Positions 1-9,492 of a stretch of 64,000 bases of DNA are shown piece after piece. Location of the stretch: positions 5,120 through 69,119 of the forward strand of contig SVTF01000006.1 in assembly GCA_015063905.1 (NCBI GenBank), read 5' to 3'. The notes under the pieces are model-generated. The model saw only the letters and a list, made by a program, of their open reading frames with translations, was not told the DNA's origin and made no database searches. This DNA comes from Oscillospiraceae bacterium. GTDB taxonomy: Bacteria; Bacillota; Clostridia; Oscillospirales; CAG-272. A program made the translations under genes and the position numbers. Position 1 is the first letter of the stretch; every line of letters starts with the position of its first letter.

Positions 1-200
1 ACGTGCAGCTTTGTCAGCGGCATATACGACCAATCAACGATAACTCTGGACGCCTTCGCTCTGTAGCATTCTTCTACAAGCATTTTAATAAACTCGGGCT
101 GATCAAGCTCCGCGTTGATTATAACGGGATCACCTTTTTTTATAGCTACTCCGCATTTTACCAAAAGTCTTGCGTATTCTCTTAAATAAGTTTTTTTCAT
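1..200 (-). CDS. Aminopeptidase, thermophilic metalloprotease M29 family (PepS/AmpS-like), N-terminal part; gene runs off the window start
   Basis: Hand translation from ATG at 200: MKKTYLREYARLLVKCGVAIKKGDPVIINAELDQPEFIKMLVEECYRAKASRVIVDWSY..., typical M29 N-terminus; not in the ORF track because it is truncated. Confidence 0.8.
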   Translation of the reverse strand, partial: MKKTYLREYARLLVKCGVAIKKGDPVIINAELDQPEFIKMLVEECYRAKASRVIVDWSYMPLTKLH

Positions 201-336
201 AAATCAAGTTTTCCTTTCGAGTACACTTATAAGAAGATTATACCATAAAAATGTATTTTTGTCATCTTTTTTGCTCTAAATTAATGATTTTTTAATAAAA
301 GTGTGGTAAAATCATAATATAAAGGGAGGTGTATCT

Positions 337-1350
337 ATGTATCAGATAGATGAAACAAAAATGATACGTTCAGCAAAGGATAGCTTGGCGCTATGCAGAC
401 CCGAACGTAGCATGTTTTCGGAATGCATGATATTCGTGCTTGTCACGTTTATTTGCTCACTGCCTCAAAGCATTGTGTCATCGGTATACACTACTATCGC
501 TATGCTGACCGACCCGGAGTATTATAAGCTGATCTTATCCGAATCTCTTGACTTCGAAGCAATAGACCAGTACGTCATAAATTTCTCCGCCGGCATTCCA
601 AGCTGGGTCTACGCTATGTTGCTTGCGTGCTCGGGATTTATGATACTTGGCGCATTGATATACTGTAAAAAGTTTCAAAAGCGATCGCCGTTTACTCTTG
701 GATTCAGCAGGCGCGGCGTACTGCCCGAGTATCTTGCAGGAGCGGTAATCGGCCTTGTTATGATCTCCATTCCCGCGCTCATTTGTCTTATCACAAAATG
801 CGTGACCTTTAGCTTTAACGCAAACGTCGATCCGCTTATGATCGCATTGTTTTTAGGCGCGTTCTTGCTTCAGGGCATGGGCGAAGAAGCTCTGTTCCGC
901 GGATATCTTATGACAAGCCTCGCGCGCCGACACAACGTTTGGGTGGCTATCATCACAAGCGCGGTTATTTTCGCGGTATTCCACATGGGAAACCCCAATT
1001 TTTCCGTTATCGCATTTCTCAACATAACGTTGTTTGGTATCTTTGCAGGCGTGTATATGCTCAAGCGCGGAAGCATATGGGGGATCGGCGCGATACATTC
1101 GCTCTGGAACTTCGCGCAAAGCAATCTTTTTGGCTTCAACGTTAGCGGAAATCCCAAATTTGACACCGTATTTCACTCGCAAAACGCCGATTTCGGTACG
1201 ATCTTGAGTGGCGGCGAATTCGGGCTTGAGGGCGGACTCGGAGCCACGGTCATTTTGCTTGTGGCAATTCTTCTTGCCTTGCTGATGCCTACCAAGGAAA
1301 GCGAAAAATGCACAGAACCGCCGAAGGAAAAGATCGAGCTTGATATATAA
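337..1350 (+). CDS. CPBP (CAAX/Abi) family intramembrane glutamic endopeptidase
   Basis: Motifs EEALFRG, FAVFH, HSLWN; multiple TM segments; GGAGG RBS before the ATG. Confidence 0.9.
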   Translation: MYQIDETKMIRSAKDSLALCRPERSMFSECMIFVLVTFICSLPQSIVSSVYTTIAMLTDPEYYKLILSESLDFEAIDQYVINFSAGIPSWVYAMLLACSGFMILGALIYCKKFQKRSPFTLGFSRRGVLPEYLAGAVIGLVMISIPALICLITKCVTFSFNANVDPLMIALFLGAFLLQGMGEEALFRGYLMTSLARRHNVWVAIITSAVIFAVFHMGNPNFSVIAFLNITLFGIFAGVYMLKRGSIWGIGAIHSLWNFAQSNLFGFNVSGNPKFDTVFHSQNADFGTILSGGEFGLEGGLGATVILLVAILLALLMPTKESEKCTEPPKEKIELDI

Positions 1351-1355
1351 GTTAT

Positions 1356-1391
1356 CCCCCGTCAACGTCTGCACAGCGGACTTGACGGGGG
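1356..1391. terminator. Hairpin between convergent genes (probable terminator)
   Basis: CCCCCGTCAA...TTGACGGGGG inverted repeat right after the CPBP stop. Confidence 0.6.
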
Positions 1392-1447
1392 CTTTGATCG
1401 GGGCAATATCAACCTCGCCCCACTTATTAATTGATGTTCAGATCAAA

Positions 1448-1639
1448 TTATCTTGCAGAACCGTTCTGAAGAGAGTTCTCGTAAGACTCGATCATCTTCT
1501 TAACCATCTGACCGCCGATGCTGCCTGCCTGACGGGAGGTAAGATCACCGTTGTAACCGTTATTGAGGTTAACACCTACTTCGCTTGCTGCCTGCATCTT
1601 GAACTGCTCAAGAGCCTTCTTTGCATTCTTGTTTGCCAT
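1448..1639 (-). CDS. Alpha/beta-type small acid-soluble spore protein (SASP)
   Basis: KALEQFKMQAASEVGV...GDLTSRQAGSIGGQMVKKMI is the SASP signature; start moved to MANKN (1639), which has a GGAG RBS. Confidence 0.92.
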   Translation of the reverse strand: MANKNAKKALEQFKMQAASEVGVNLNNGYNGDLTSRQAGSIGGQMVKKMIESYENSLQNGSAR

Positions 1640-2003
1640 AATTTTCTCCATTCTGCCGCCATTGTCGGCACATAAATAATAGATGAGTTTCGCCTATCGG
1701 CAAAATTTGTGCGTGAGGCGGTTAATTTATAATTAATATGAAACCGCATATCACGTCGTTCTTCATCCGCCCGTATTTGTGGGCGTTTTTACATAAAAGA
1801 ATCTATATCAATCGAGACGCGCCGCAGACCTTTGGCGAAACAAAGCCTTGTCTGCGGCGCGAAATTTGCATTATTCCGTTCGCTCGACAAGTTTTAATTT
1901 CAGACCCGCTTTGCGTCTCTGATATTATTTTGCTCAAGCGACTTTTTTATATGAATGGAAAAATCAGGCAATGCTGCGACTGAAACCGCAATGTTAATAC
2001 GAT

Positions 2004-2471
2004 TTATGAAACACTAAAGGTTGTCGATTTTTTTGATAACATCTGGAGCTTTATCTGATACAATACTTCTCTCAATTCTTCCGCTTCTCTCAAATCACTA
2101 AGTAATGTTTTGATATCCGAAGCCTTCCGAGGAGATCCATCATTCTCAAAAGTCATATCAACATAGCAATTATGGCACCAAAAATTCCTTCTTTCGCGCA
2201 TTGCTTCAAGTCTACAATACACTTCGTCAGGAATCACCGACTCTTTTTGTTGATCCTCTTCTAACTTGATCTTCGCAACAATCTTGCCAATCGTGCTTTC
2301 TGCCACTTTGTCTAGTCCGCTTATGAACGAACCGTTCCAAGTAGATGCGTAAATGCCCTCCAAATGATGCTCGATATATTGATATTGCTCTAATAAAGTG
2401 CTATGCTTTATCCTAAATTCATCACGGTCCATATCGCATATCCTTTTCATACACAATAAACTCTCGCTCAA
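2004..2471 (-). CDS. Hypothetical protein with a HEPN-like R-N-x3-H motif
   Basis: 155-aa ORF, helical-looking, containing ERRNFWCH; overlaps the GH2 stop by 4 nt; start codon uncertain. Confidence 0.55.
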   Translation of the reverse strand: MSESLLCMKRICDMDRDEFRIKHSTLLEQYQYIEHHLEGIYASTWNGSFISGLDKVAESTIGKIVAKIKLEEDQQKESVIPDEVYCRLEAMRERRNFWCHNCYVDMTFENDGSPRKASDIKTLLSDLREAEELREVLYQIKLQMLSKKSTTFSVS

Positions 2472-4801
2472 AACCCTTCGAACTCATCCATACCGCACTT
2501 TTGGAGTGCCGCGAGATATTCCTCGTAGGAGACGTGCTCGGTCTTGGTCGTAAAGTGGTTTGTTCCGCTGATGCCGTCTTCGGTAGTCCACTCAATAACC
2601 CAGAATTCAAGCTCCTCCACAGCACCAAGAGTTGCAATACAAGCGCTGCTCTCAGCGGCGACGTTCGCTTTGCCTTCAATAAGCACCTCGTCGGTCATAA
2701 CGTTGCGTACCGCATAAGTTATCTTTTGATCTTTTCCGCCGTCCTGGACCGCAAACAGTTTGATCTTTCCGCCATCGGGCTCATCAAACATAAGGCAGAT
2801 CGGCTGCTGCGAGCGCTGAATGAATTTGAACGCCAGCTTTTTGCATCCGTACCAATCTATTACGGCATCGGAAACCTGAGGCCAACCGTCAAGCAAATTC
2901 CACCAGATGATACCCGAACGGTGAGGCTTGCCTATACGGAATTTTTCGATAAAGTATTTTTTAGCCTCCGCCTGGGACATCTGACTCTGCTTTGCAAAAT
3001 CGCAGAGATTATCCGCTTCTTTATCAAAGAAATTGCGCACCTGCTTTACCATAAGAGGAATACGGTAGGCGTAAGGCGAGGTGATATTGGTATCCATAGA
3101 CGCCGCATGAACAAGATAATCGGGCGTTCCCTTGTCGTTTGCGTCAAGCACAGGATAAAGCTGATCCTGCGCAATAAATTTTTCCAAGGATTTCGGGGAA
3201 GGACATCCGTGATAACCGATCTCGGAGGCAAAGCAAGATCTGGCTCTCTTATAATACTGTCCCTTGAAATAGTCACGGGGGCCCCAGAGATGCTCCTCGG
3301 GAGTGCTCATATTTCTCTCAAAGGCTACGCTGTCAACGTAAGGTGACGAAGGAATGAATGTGCGCATCGGATCGTGATTGCGCACCGCCATAGGCAACAC
3401 CTTACGTGTTGCGGGAATATCGTTGGGATTTGCGTGGCGGTTAAACCAGCCCTTGATAAATGCATCGTTCTCGTTGTCTCCCGCCCAGAGCGAGAGAGAG
3501 GGATGATTGCGCAAACGCTTGATAACAGCTATCGCTTCTTCTTCAAGCATAGAAAGGAATCTTTCATCCTCGGGATAAATGGCGCATCCCATGCAAAAAT
3601 CCTGCCATACCATAATACCGTTCTCATCGCAGAAATCAAAGAACGCATCATCCTCATAAACGTTACCGCCCCAGCAGCGAACCATGTTACATCCACTCTC
3701 ACCGAGCAGCTCGAGCGCCATGGGTAATCTCTCCTTATCGCGACACGGGAAGGCATCCAGCGGCACCCAGTTGGTACCAAGGCAAAATACCTTTTTGCCG
3801 TTGACCACGAAGCCGAATTTGCCGCTGCCGTCGGATTCCAGGACAGACGTTCTCTCAAGATCGATCACGCGCACACCAAAGCGGAAGCTTTGTTCGTCCA
3901 GCACCTCGTCACCGCGCCACAGGCGGATCACTACGTCGTAAAGATTTTGCTCGCCGTAGTTCTTGGGATACCAAAACTTTGCGCCCGCAAGATTCATTAC
4001 GATATTTTCATAAGTATGATAGGGTCTCTTTTCGCCGTGGAAGCTACTGTCACCGCACACACCGTCCACCGTTATCTTCATGCCGTCAAAAAGGTCTGCG
4101 TCGGTGTCAAACTGTACGTGAGCTACAAGTGCCGCCGTGTTATTCTTCGCATCAACTCTCACGGTATAAAGATAGCACTGCTCAAATCTCTCTGCGGACT
4201 TTTGCACAAGATAAACGGGCTTCCAGATGCCGCCCGACACAAATCGGGGCATAATATCCCATCCGAACATGTAGGCCGCCTTGCGATAAGCAAGAGCCGC
4301 CTGATTGTAGTACTGCGTACGGTTGAGTGGCGCGATAGCGTGATCTCTTGCGGCTATCATATATGGAAGAATATGCACGATAAGCTCATTCTTTCCCTGC
4401 TTTAGATACTCCCCGGCACAAAATGTATGGCCTATGAGCATGTTCTCAGCGTGGCCAACAGTCTTTCCGTTTAGAATAATATCCGCCACAGTATCTATTC
4501 CTTCAAAGCAAAGTGACGTTTGGGGAGTGATCTCATCGCACTCAAATGTAGTATAGTACCACAAGTGACGGTTTTCATACTTTTGATAAAGCAAAGGGTT
4601 TTGACTAAAATACGGATCAGGCTCAATTCCCGCGGCATAAAGATCCAGCTCCATACATCCGGGAACGGTTGCGGGGATATTAAGATAAGGAGCACTCTCC
4701 AGCTCCGCGACAGTGGTAGGCTCAAACCCATTCTGCTTAACATCAGAATTAGGTGCAAGCAACAAGCCCCACTTTCCATTCAGCTCTACTCTTTTTTCCA
4801 T
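2468..4801 (-). CDS. Glycoside hydrolase family 2, beta-mannosidase-like
   Basis: FEGIDT, RKAAYMFGWD, GTNWVP, NMVRCWGG, VWQDF, RLRNHPSLSLWAGDNE, FASEIG motifs; start at MEKRV with a GGAG RBS. Confidence 0.9.
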   Translation of the reverse strand: MEKRVELNGKWGLLLAPNSDVKQNGFEPTTVAELESAPYLNIPATVPGCMELDLYAAGIEPDPYFSQNPLLYQKYENRHLWYYTTFECDEITPQTSLCFEGIDTVADIILNGKTVGHAENMLIGHTFCAGEYLKQGKNELIVHILPYMIAARDHAIAPLNRTQYYNQAALAYRKAAYMFGWDIMPRFVSGGIWKPVYLVQKSAERFEQCYLYTVRVDAKNNTAALVAHVQFDTDADLFDGMKITVDGVCGDSSFHGEKRPYHTYENIVMNLAGAKFWYPKNYGEQNLYDVVIRLWRGDEVLDEQSFRFGVRVIDLERTSVLESDGSGKFGFVVNGKKVFCLGTNWVPLDAFPCRDKERLPMALELLGESGCNMVRCWGGNVYEDDAFFDFCDENGIMVWQDFCMGCAIYPEDERFLSMLEEEAIAVIKRLRNHPSLSLWAGDNENDAFIKGWFNRHANPNDIPATRKVLPMAVRNHDPMRTFIPSSPYVDSVAFERNMSTPEEHLWGPRDYFKGQYYKRARSCFASEIGYHGCPSPKSLEKFIAQDQLYPVLDANDKGTPDYLVHAASMDTNITSPYAYRIPLMVKQVRNFFDKEADNLCDFAKQSQMSQAEAKKYFIEKFRIGKPHRSGIIWWNLLDGWPQVSDAVIDWYGCKKLAFKFIQRSQQPICLMFDEPDGGKIKLFAVQDGGKDQKITYAVRNVMTDEVLIEGKANVAAESSACIATLGAVEELEFWVIEWTTEDGISGTNHFTTKTEHVSYEEYLAALQKCGMDEFEGF

Positions 4802-5034
4802 AACACTCTCCATTTTGATATAATTCTGTGCGCATTGGATGCGCTGTATACACTTTTATTATAATCGTTTTTTACGTCAAATTCAATGTTTTTTTATTAA
4901 TATAATTTCGCATTATCATATAAAAACGGACGATGAGCAATCACCTCGCCTTCTATAGAGTGTTGCGCTAAAAAGCGTGCTCCTATAATATCCACAAAGC
5001 TCTAGTTTTCACAATAAATCGCCGAAAACAAAGC

Positions 5035-5066
5035 ATACCGCCCACACGTTTCCGTGTAGGCGGTAT
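5035..5066 (-). terminator. Hairpin terminator after the oxidoreductase gene
   Basis: ATACCGCC...GGCGGTAT inverted repeat followed by a T-rich tract on the minus strand. Confidence 0.6.
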
Positions 5067-5085
5067 TTCAATACTAATTATTCGA

Positions 5086-6192
5086 TTATGCCCAGAGGAT
5101 AGGATCCTGCTCAAGGAATATACCCTTAGGCTGCTCAACCGTGGATTCAACCTTCTTCTCGCTCTTAGCCTCAGCCGCTTCATCCATAGACAGGATAACG
5201 TCGGTAACGTGATAAGCAAGCTCCGCGGAAGCCTTGTGGGGTCTATCCGCCTCAATAGACTTGATCATATCCATTACGCCCGCGCCGCGACCGTACTTTG
5301 CGTACTCAACAAACTGCGGCAGAGGACGCCACTCGGTATCTCTGAATCTCTTTACAAGAACATCTCCGTCATACATATTGGGGTCGGGAATGAGCATAGA
5401 GCCCTTTTCGCCGTAGACCTCGATCTTGGGAGTCTTGGAATCCCAGATATCAAACGAGTTGGTAAAGCTACCGATCATGCCGTTTTCAAAACGAAGGGTG
5501 GAGCAAACGTGTGTGGGGATCTCAACGTCGATCTTATCGCCGCGGCGGGGAGCCACCTTGATGGTTCTCTGCTCAAAGGTCTTTTTCTGCATGCTGTAAA
5601 CGCTATCGATGGGACCGAACAAGCTTACGAAAACGTTGAGGTAATAAGGAGCCATGTCAAGCATAGGTCCTGCGCCCTTCTTATAGAAGAAGTCACAGTC
5701 GGGTCTCCAGAACTCATTACCTCTCATAGGACACAGTGCGCTTACTCCAAGAGGTGCACCGATCCAGTCCTCTTCTATCGCCTTTTTTGCGGTCTGCATG
5801 GGCGCGCTCATAAAGCTATCGGGAGCGCATCCAACTCTCTTGCCACACTTCTTTGCAACTTCCATGATCCTTTTTATACCGTCTCGGCTGGTTGCGAGGG
5901 GTTTCTCGGAATAAACATGCTTGCCGGATTCAAGAGCCTTAATGTTGACCTCTTCATGAGCCATAGGAACGGTGAGGTTAATGATTATATCAACATCCTT
6001 GTCCTCATATACAAGCTCGGGCGTGCCGTATTTTTCAATGCCGAATTCCTCAGCTCTCGCCTTTGCCTTCTCAACTACGATATCACCGATAACGGTAACC
6101 TTGAAATAGTCCATAAAAACGTCTCTTGCGTTTCTGAGATACTGGAAGCTGATGTCTCCGCATCCGATTATACCAACGTTATACTTTTTCAT
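5086..6192 (-). CDS. Gfo/Idh/MocA family NAD(P)-dependent oxidoreductase
   Basis: VGIIGCGDIS Rossmann motif, GKHVYSEKP, GPMLDMAPY; start at MKKYNV with an AAGGAG RBS. Confidence 0.92.
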   Translation of the reverse strand: MKKYNVGIIGCGDISFQYLRNARDVFMDYFKVTVIGDIVVEKAKARAEEFGIEKYGTPELVYEDKDVDIIINLTVPMAHEEVNIKALESGKHVYSEKPLATSRDGIKRIMEVAKKCGKRVGCAPDSFMSAPMQTAKKAIEEDWIGAPLGVSALCPMRGNEFWRPDCDFFYKKGAGPMLDMAPYYLNVFVSLFGPIDSVYSMQKKTFEQRTIKVAPRRGDKIDVEIPTHVCSTLRFENGMIGSFTNSFDIWDSKTPKIEVYGEKGSMLIPDPNMYDGDVLVKRFRDTEWRPLPQFVEYAKYGRGAGVMDMIKSIEADRPHKASAELAYHVTDVILSMDEAAEAKSEKKVESTVEQPKGIFLEQDPILWA

Positions 6193-6226
6193 TATAGCTG
6201 TCTCCTTTATTATATTGTTATTCTTT

Positions 6227-7069
6227 TTATGCTCTGATGATTTCGTTGAGATACTTATAGCTCTTTGCCGCAAGCTCTACTACCTCTTCAAAGGTATCGT
6301 TGTCACCCTCGGTCTCAACAGAAACGACACCCTCGTAGCCATAATCCTTAAGCAGCTCTACACATCCCTTAACGTTAACTATTCCGTCACCCGTAGCAAC
6401 GCATATTCTCTGCTCGTTTATATCCTTTGTGTGGCAATGAACAACTCTGTCTATAACACTCTTAAGCACTTCAACCTCACTGGCTCCGTTGCCCGCGCTC
6501 TTCCAACCGGACTTGCCGTTTCCGCTCTCAACGTATCCCGCGCGGAAAATGTTGCACGCGTCATAGTTGATTCCAAGCACAGAAGGATCGCCCATCTTCA
6601 TCATTTTCTGGAGTCCCTCCGCGGTAAGTGAGAAGGTTCCGTGCGGCTCGATAGCAACAGTTACGTTGTTCTTTGCGGCAGCCTCAAGAATAAGACCGAG
6701 TCTTTCCTCAAGCGTTTTGTAAGCGTCCTCGTCGCTCATTCCCTCGGGCTTGTGGCCGTCACCCGTATGTACCACGGGAATTCCCGCAGCAGCAGCCCAC
6801 TCTACTGTACGAATACCGGATGCCACGCTGTTAGGATTGGAAATAATGTTTCCGTTGAGCGACCAAAGTCCCGTTATCGCCTTGAATCCAAACTTTTCCT
6901 TGAGTCTTACAAGATTTTCAGGGTCATCTGTCTCAACGTTGACGTGGGGACACCAAGGTCCAACCGCCTGCGTTTCGAAATACTCAAATCCAATGTTTCT
7001 GATGGCGTCAAGACTGCGCTCAAGATCGAACTTTCTGAAAAGTACCGTTCCGCAACCTAATTTCATCAT
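6227..7069 (-). CDS. Sugar phosphate isomerase/epimerase (xylose-isomerase-like TIM barrel)
   Basis: AIEPH, INYDACN, HCHTKD, SVETE metal-binding motifs; GAGGAGG RBS. Confidence 0.88.
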   Translation of the reverse strand: MMKLGCGTVLFRKFDLERSLDAIRNIGFEYFETQAVGPWCPHVNVETDDPENLVRLKEKFGFKAITGLWSLNGNIISNPNSVASGIRTVEWAAAAGIPVVHTGDGHKPEGMSDEDAYKTLEERLGLILEAAAKNNVTVAIEPHGTFSLTAEGLQKMMKMGDPSVLGINYDACNIFRAGYVESGNGKSGWKSAGNGASEVEVLKSVIDRVVHCHTKDINEQRICVATGDGIVNVKGCVELLKDYGYEGVVSVETEGDNDTFEEVVELAAKSYKYLNEIIRA

Positions 7070-7121
7070 ATGTTAATACCTCCTCGTCGCTCCGCGACGT
7101 ATTTAATTTTTATATTGCTTG

Positions 7122-8072
7122 TCAAAAGACAAGATCAAACAAAAGATACATAAGCGGCAATGTGATAACGCACAATAGCGTTCCCGAGAGCGTGAGAGTT
7201 GCCGCATACTCCGCATCAGCCCCATATTTTTTTGCCATGGAAGGCGCGCTTGCCGCAGTGGAAACCGCGGTTGCAACAAGCATAGCCATGGAAAGATCCC
7301 AAGAAATATTGATTCCGCATACAAATTTAAATAAGCAAAGCAACCCAAAGGTTATAAGCGGCGCAGCAACAAGCTTTATAAGCGACATTACATATATTCC
7401 CGCGCTCTTCCACATCTTTATCAGATGGAGCTTTGAAAGCTCATAGCCCGCGGCTATCATGGCAAGGGGGGTAGTGAGCTGTGCCAGCATAGTGGAATAA
7501 CTGTTAAGATTGGTCATCTTTGCGCCTATTCCAAAAGCGGAGCAAGCAACTCCTATAACTATGGCAAAAAAGATGGGACTTATAAGCGTTTTCTTCAGAT
7601 TTATCTCTTTCTTATCTCCCGAAAGCACGTAAACTCCTACTGTAAGCAACAAAAACGTGCTGACAACGTTAAAAACAGAAACGTAAAGCACGACGCGGCA
7701 ATTTGTCGGCCACATAGCCGCCGCCAACGGTATACCGAGAAAGCCGCAATTAGGAAACACCGCGCAAAAAGCCAGGGCTCTTGCCTTTGCTTGTTCTCCA
7801 TTTTTAAAAAGACGGCAAACAAGAAGCAAGATGGCAACCAACACTATCGGCAAAGCGGCGGAAATCGCTATCTCCCAAACACCTATGCCGGCTATATCCA
7901 TTCCAATAAGCTTTGACAAAACAAGGGCTGGCATTGCAACGTACATAAGCACGTTACTGAAGGACAGCATTGCAGAGCCCTCGACCAGCTTTAATTTTCC
8001 GAGAATATATCCCGGAATAAGCAACGCAATAAACAAAAGCACGATCTTGAACATTTCGTAAAACGCGTCCAT
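7122..8072 (-). CDS. AEC (auxin efflux carrier / Mem_trans) family transporter
   Basis: About 10 TM segments; YVAMPAL, FPNCGFLGIPL, PLAMIAAG, IKLVAAP motifs. Confidence 0.88.
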   Translation of the reverse strand: MDAFYEMFKIVLLFIALLIPGYILGKLKLVEGSAMLSFSNVLMYVAMPALVLSKLIGMDIAGIGVWEIAISAALPIVLVAILLLVCRLFKNGEQAKARALAFCAVFPNCGFLGIPLAAAMWPTNCRVVLYVSVFNVVSTFLLLTVGVYVLSGDKKEINLKKTLISPIFFAIVIGVACSAFGIGAKMTNLNSYSTMLAQLTTPLAMIAAGYELSKLHLIKMWKSAGIYVMSLIKLVAAPLITFGLLCLFKFVCGINISWDLSMAMLVATAVSTAASAPSMAKKYGADAEYAATLTLSGTLLCVITLPLMYLLFDLVF

Positions 8073-8296
8073 AGTCTCCCTCCCTTCACAGTTTTGCAGG
8101 GTCAAAATCAACCGTCTTCACACTATGCTCATTATACCGCGCCTAAATGCGCAAATCAATAGCCAAATCGGACACAATTGCGCCCATACACTATCATTTC
8201 GGACATTTTTGTTGTTTTTTTCGGACATTCTTATTGATTTTTTGCCACAAAAGGTGTAAAATACAATTACATATAGGCAAGTTGGAGGAAAAGAAT

Positions 8297-9193
8297 TTGA
8301 TCGAATTACAAAACGGCGGGGTTGGAGCCTTCTCAAGAACCTCTCATTCCATTGGAAAATACGATATTGAAATAGAAAACCAACTCATAAAATGCCGCGT
8401 GTATTGGGCAAGGGTTATTGGCAGCGAAACCGAGAGCCTTTTTACCGAATACACAAAGCATACGTTCTATGAAATACAATACGCGCTTGACGGCAAGATA
8501 GTTATGCTTATAGGTGAAAACAAGCGCATAACCGTTGAGCAATCGGATTTTATCGTTATCCCCCCCGACACCTTTCATCAGATAGTAGACGGTGACAGTG
8601 TGGGCGCAAGATTTATCATGGCGTTCTCGCTTGAGATCAAGGATCACGCTCTTTCGCTGCTTCCGCGCGAGCTATCAAAGCTCATTCCGTACCACGAATC
8701 CAAATATATGAGAGATCTGCTCAAAATAGTCATTGGTAAAACGTATCACGACGATGCCGTAAGACGAAGACTCGTTACGGGATACCTTGAATGCTTTATG
8801 CTTGAATTTATTGAGGCGGTTCTACCCTACCGCGCGCAAAGCGCGGCTCAGCATGAATCAATGAGCGAAAATGAAATAAGAGTTGCGCAGATAAAGCGAT
8901 TTATTGCCGACTACAACGGCATCGGCGTCTCCCCCCGTGACGTATCCAAAAAGTTCAATATAAGCGAACGGCATCTCAATAGAATATTCGTGTCGGTAAC
9001 AGAAAAAACTCTAAAGGAAGAGATCAACCGCCAGCGTCTGGGCAAGATCGAGGAGCTCGTTACGTCCACCGCACTAACCTTTCGCGAAATAAGCGAGCTT
9101 TGCAACTTTTCCGATGAATACGCCATGAATAAATTCTTTAAGCGATACACTCTTTACAGTCTCACCGAATACCGTGCTTTGAGATCGCAATAA
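8297..9193 (+). CDS. AraC family transcriptional regulator (cupin sensor + double HTH)
   Basis: HTFYEIQY...IPPDTFH cupin; ISERHLNRIF and EISELCNFSDEYAMNKFFKR HTH; TTG start at 8297 with a GGAGG RBS; divergent from the sugar genes. Confidence 0.88.
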   Translation: MIELQNGGVGAFSRTSHSIGKYDIEIENQLIKCRVYWARVIGSETESLFTEYTKHTFYEIQYALDGKIVMLIGENKRITVEQSDFIVIPPDTFHQIVDGDSVGARFIMAFSLEIKDHALSLLPRELSKLIPYHESKYMRDLLKIVIGKTYHDDAVRRRLVTGYLECFMLEFIEAVLPYRAQSAAQHESMSENEIRVAQIKRFIADYNGIGVSPRDVSKKFNISERHLNRIFVSVTEKTLKEEINRQRLGKIEELVTSTALTFREISELCNFSDEYAMNKFFKRYTLYSLTEYRALRSQ

Positions 9194-9274
9194 ACAGAGC
9201 TTTGAGCTTCCTTTCGCTAAAACGCGCCCGCATTCAAAGGCGAAGCCTCAAAACCCTTTGATTGCAAGCAAAAC

Positions 9275-9307
9275 AACGCAACTCTACTGCGGGTAGAGTT
9301 GCGTTTT
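9275..9307 (+). terminator. Intrinsic terminator after araC
   Basis: AACGCAACTCTAC...GTAGAGTTGCGTT perfect stem followed by Ts. Confidence 0.65.
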
Positions 9308-9361
9308 ACTACAGGTAGACCCCCGTTTTCTTTTTGTAGAGGCACATGCCGAAACAGTTTA

Positions 9362-9390
9362 TTGACTCTACATGCATTTTGATTTATTAT
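9362..9390 (+). promoter_or_regulatory. Putative sigma-A promoter of the GT8 operon
   Basis: TTGACT-N17-TATTAT. Confidence 0.55.
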
Positions 9391-9492
9391 TATAGCGTCG
9401 GAGCGAGTTTCGCTACGACGTTGTTTTATTTTTCGGCAAAGAAAACCTTTGTCTCCTACTGTTGTTGCTTGATCTTTCGAAAGGAGATAAAC

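Noticed and set aside
337-1350. CPBP protease as immunity or processing enzyme for the peptide system
   Set aside because: It lies more than 11 kb away with unrelated operons in between; there is no evidence of linkage.
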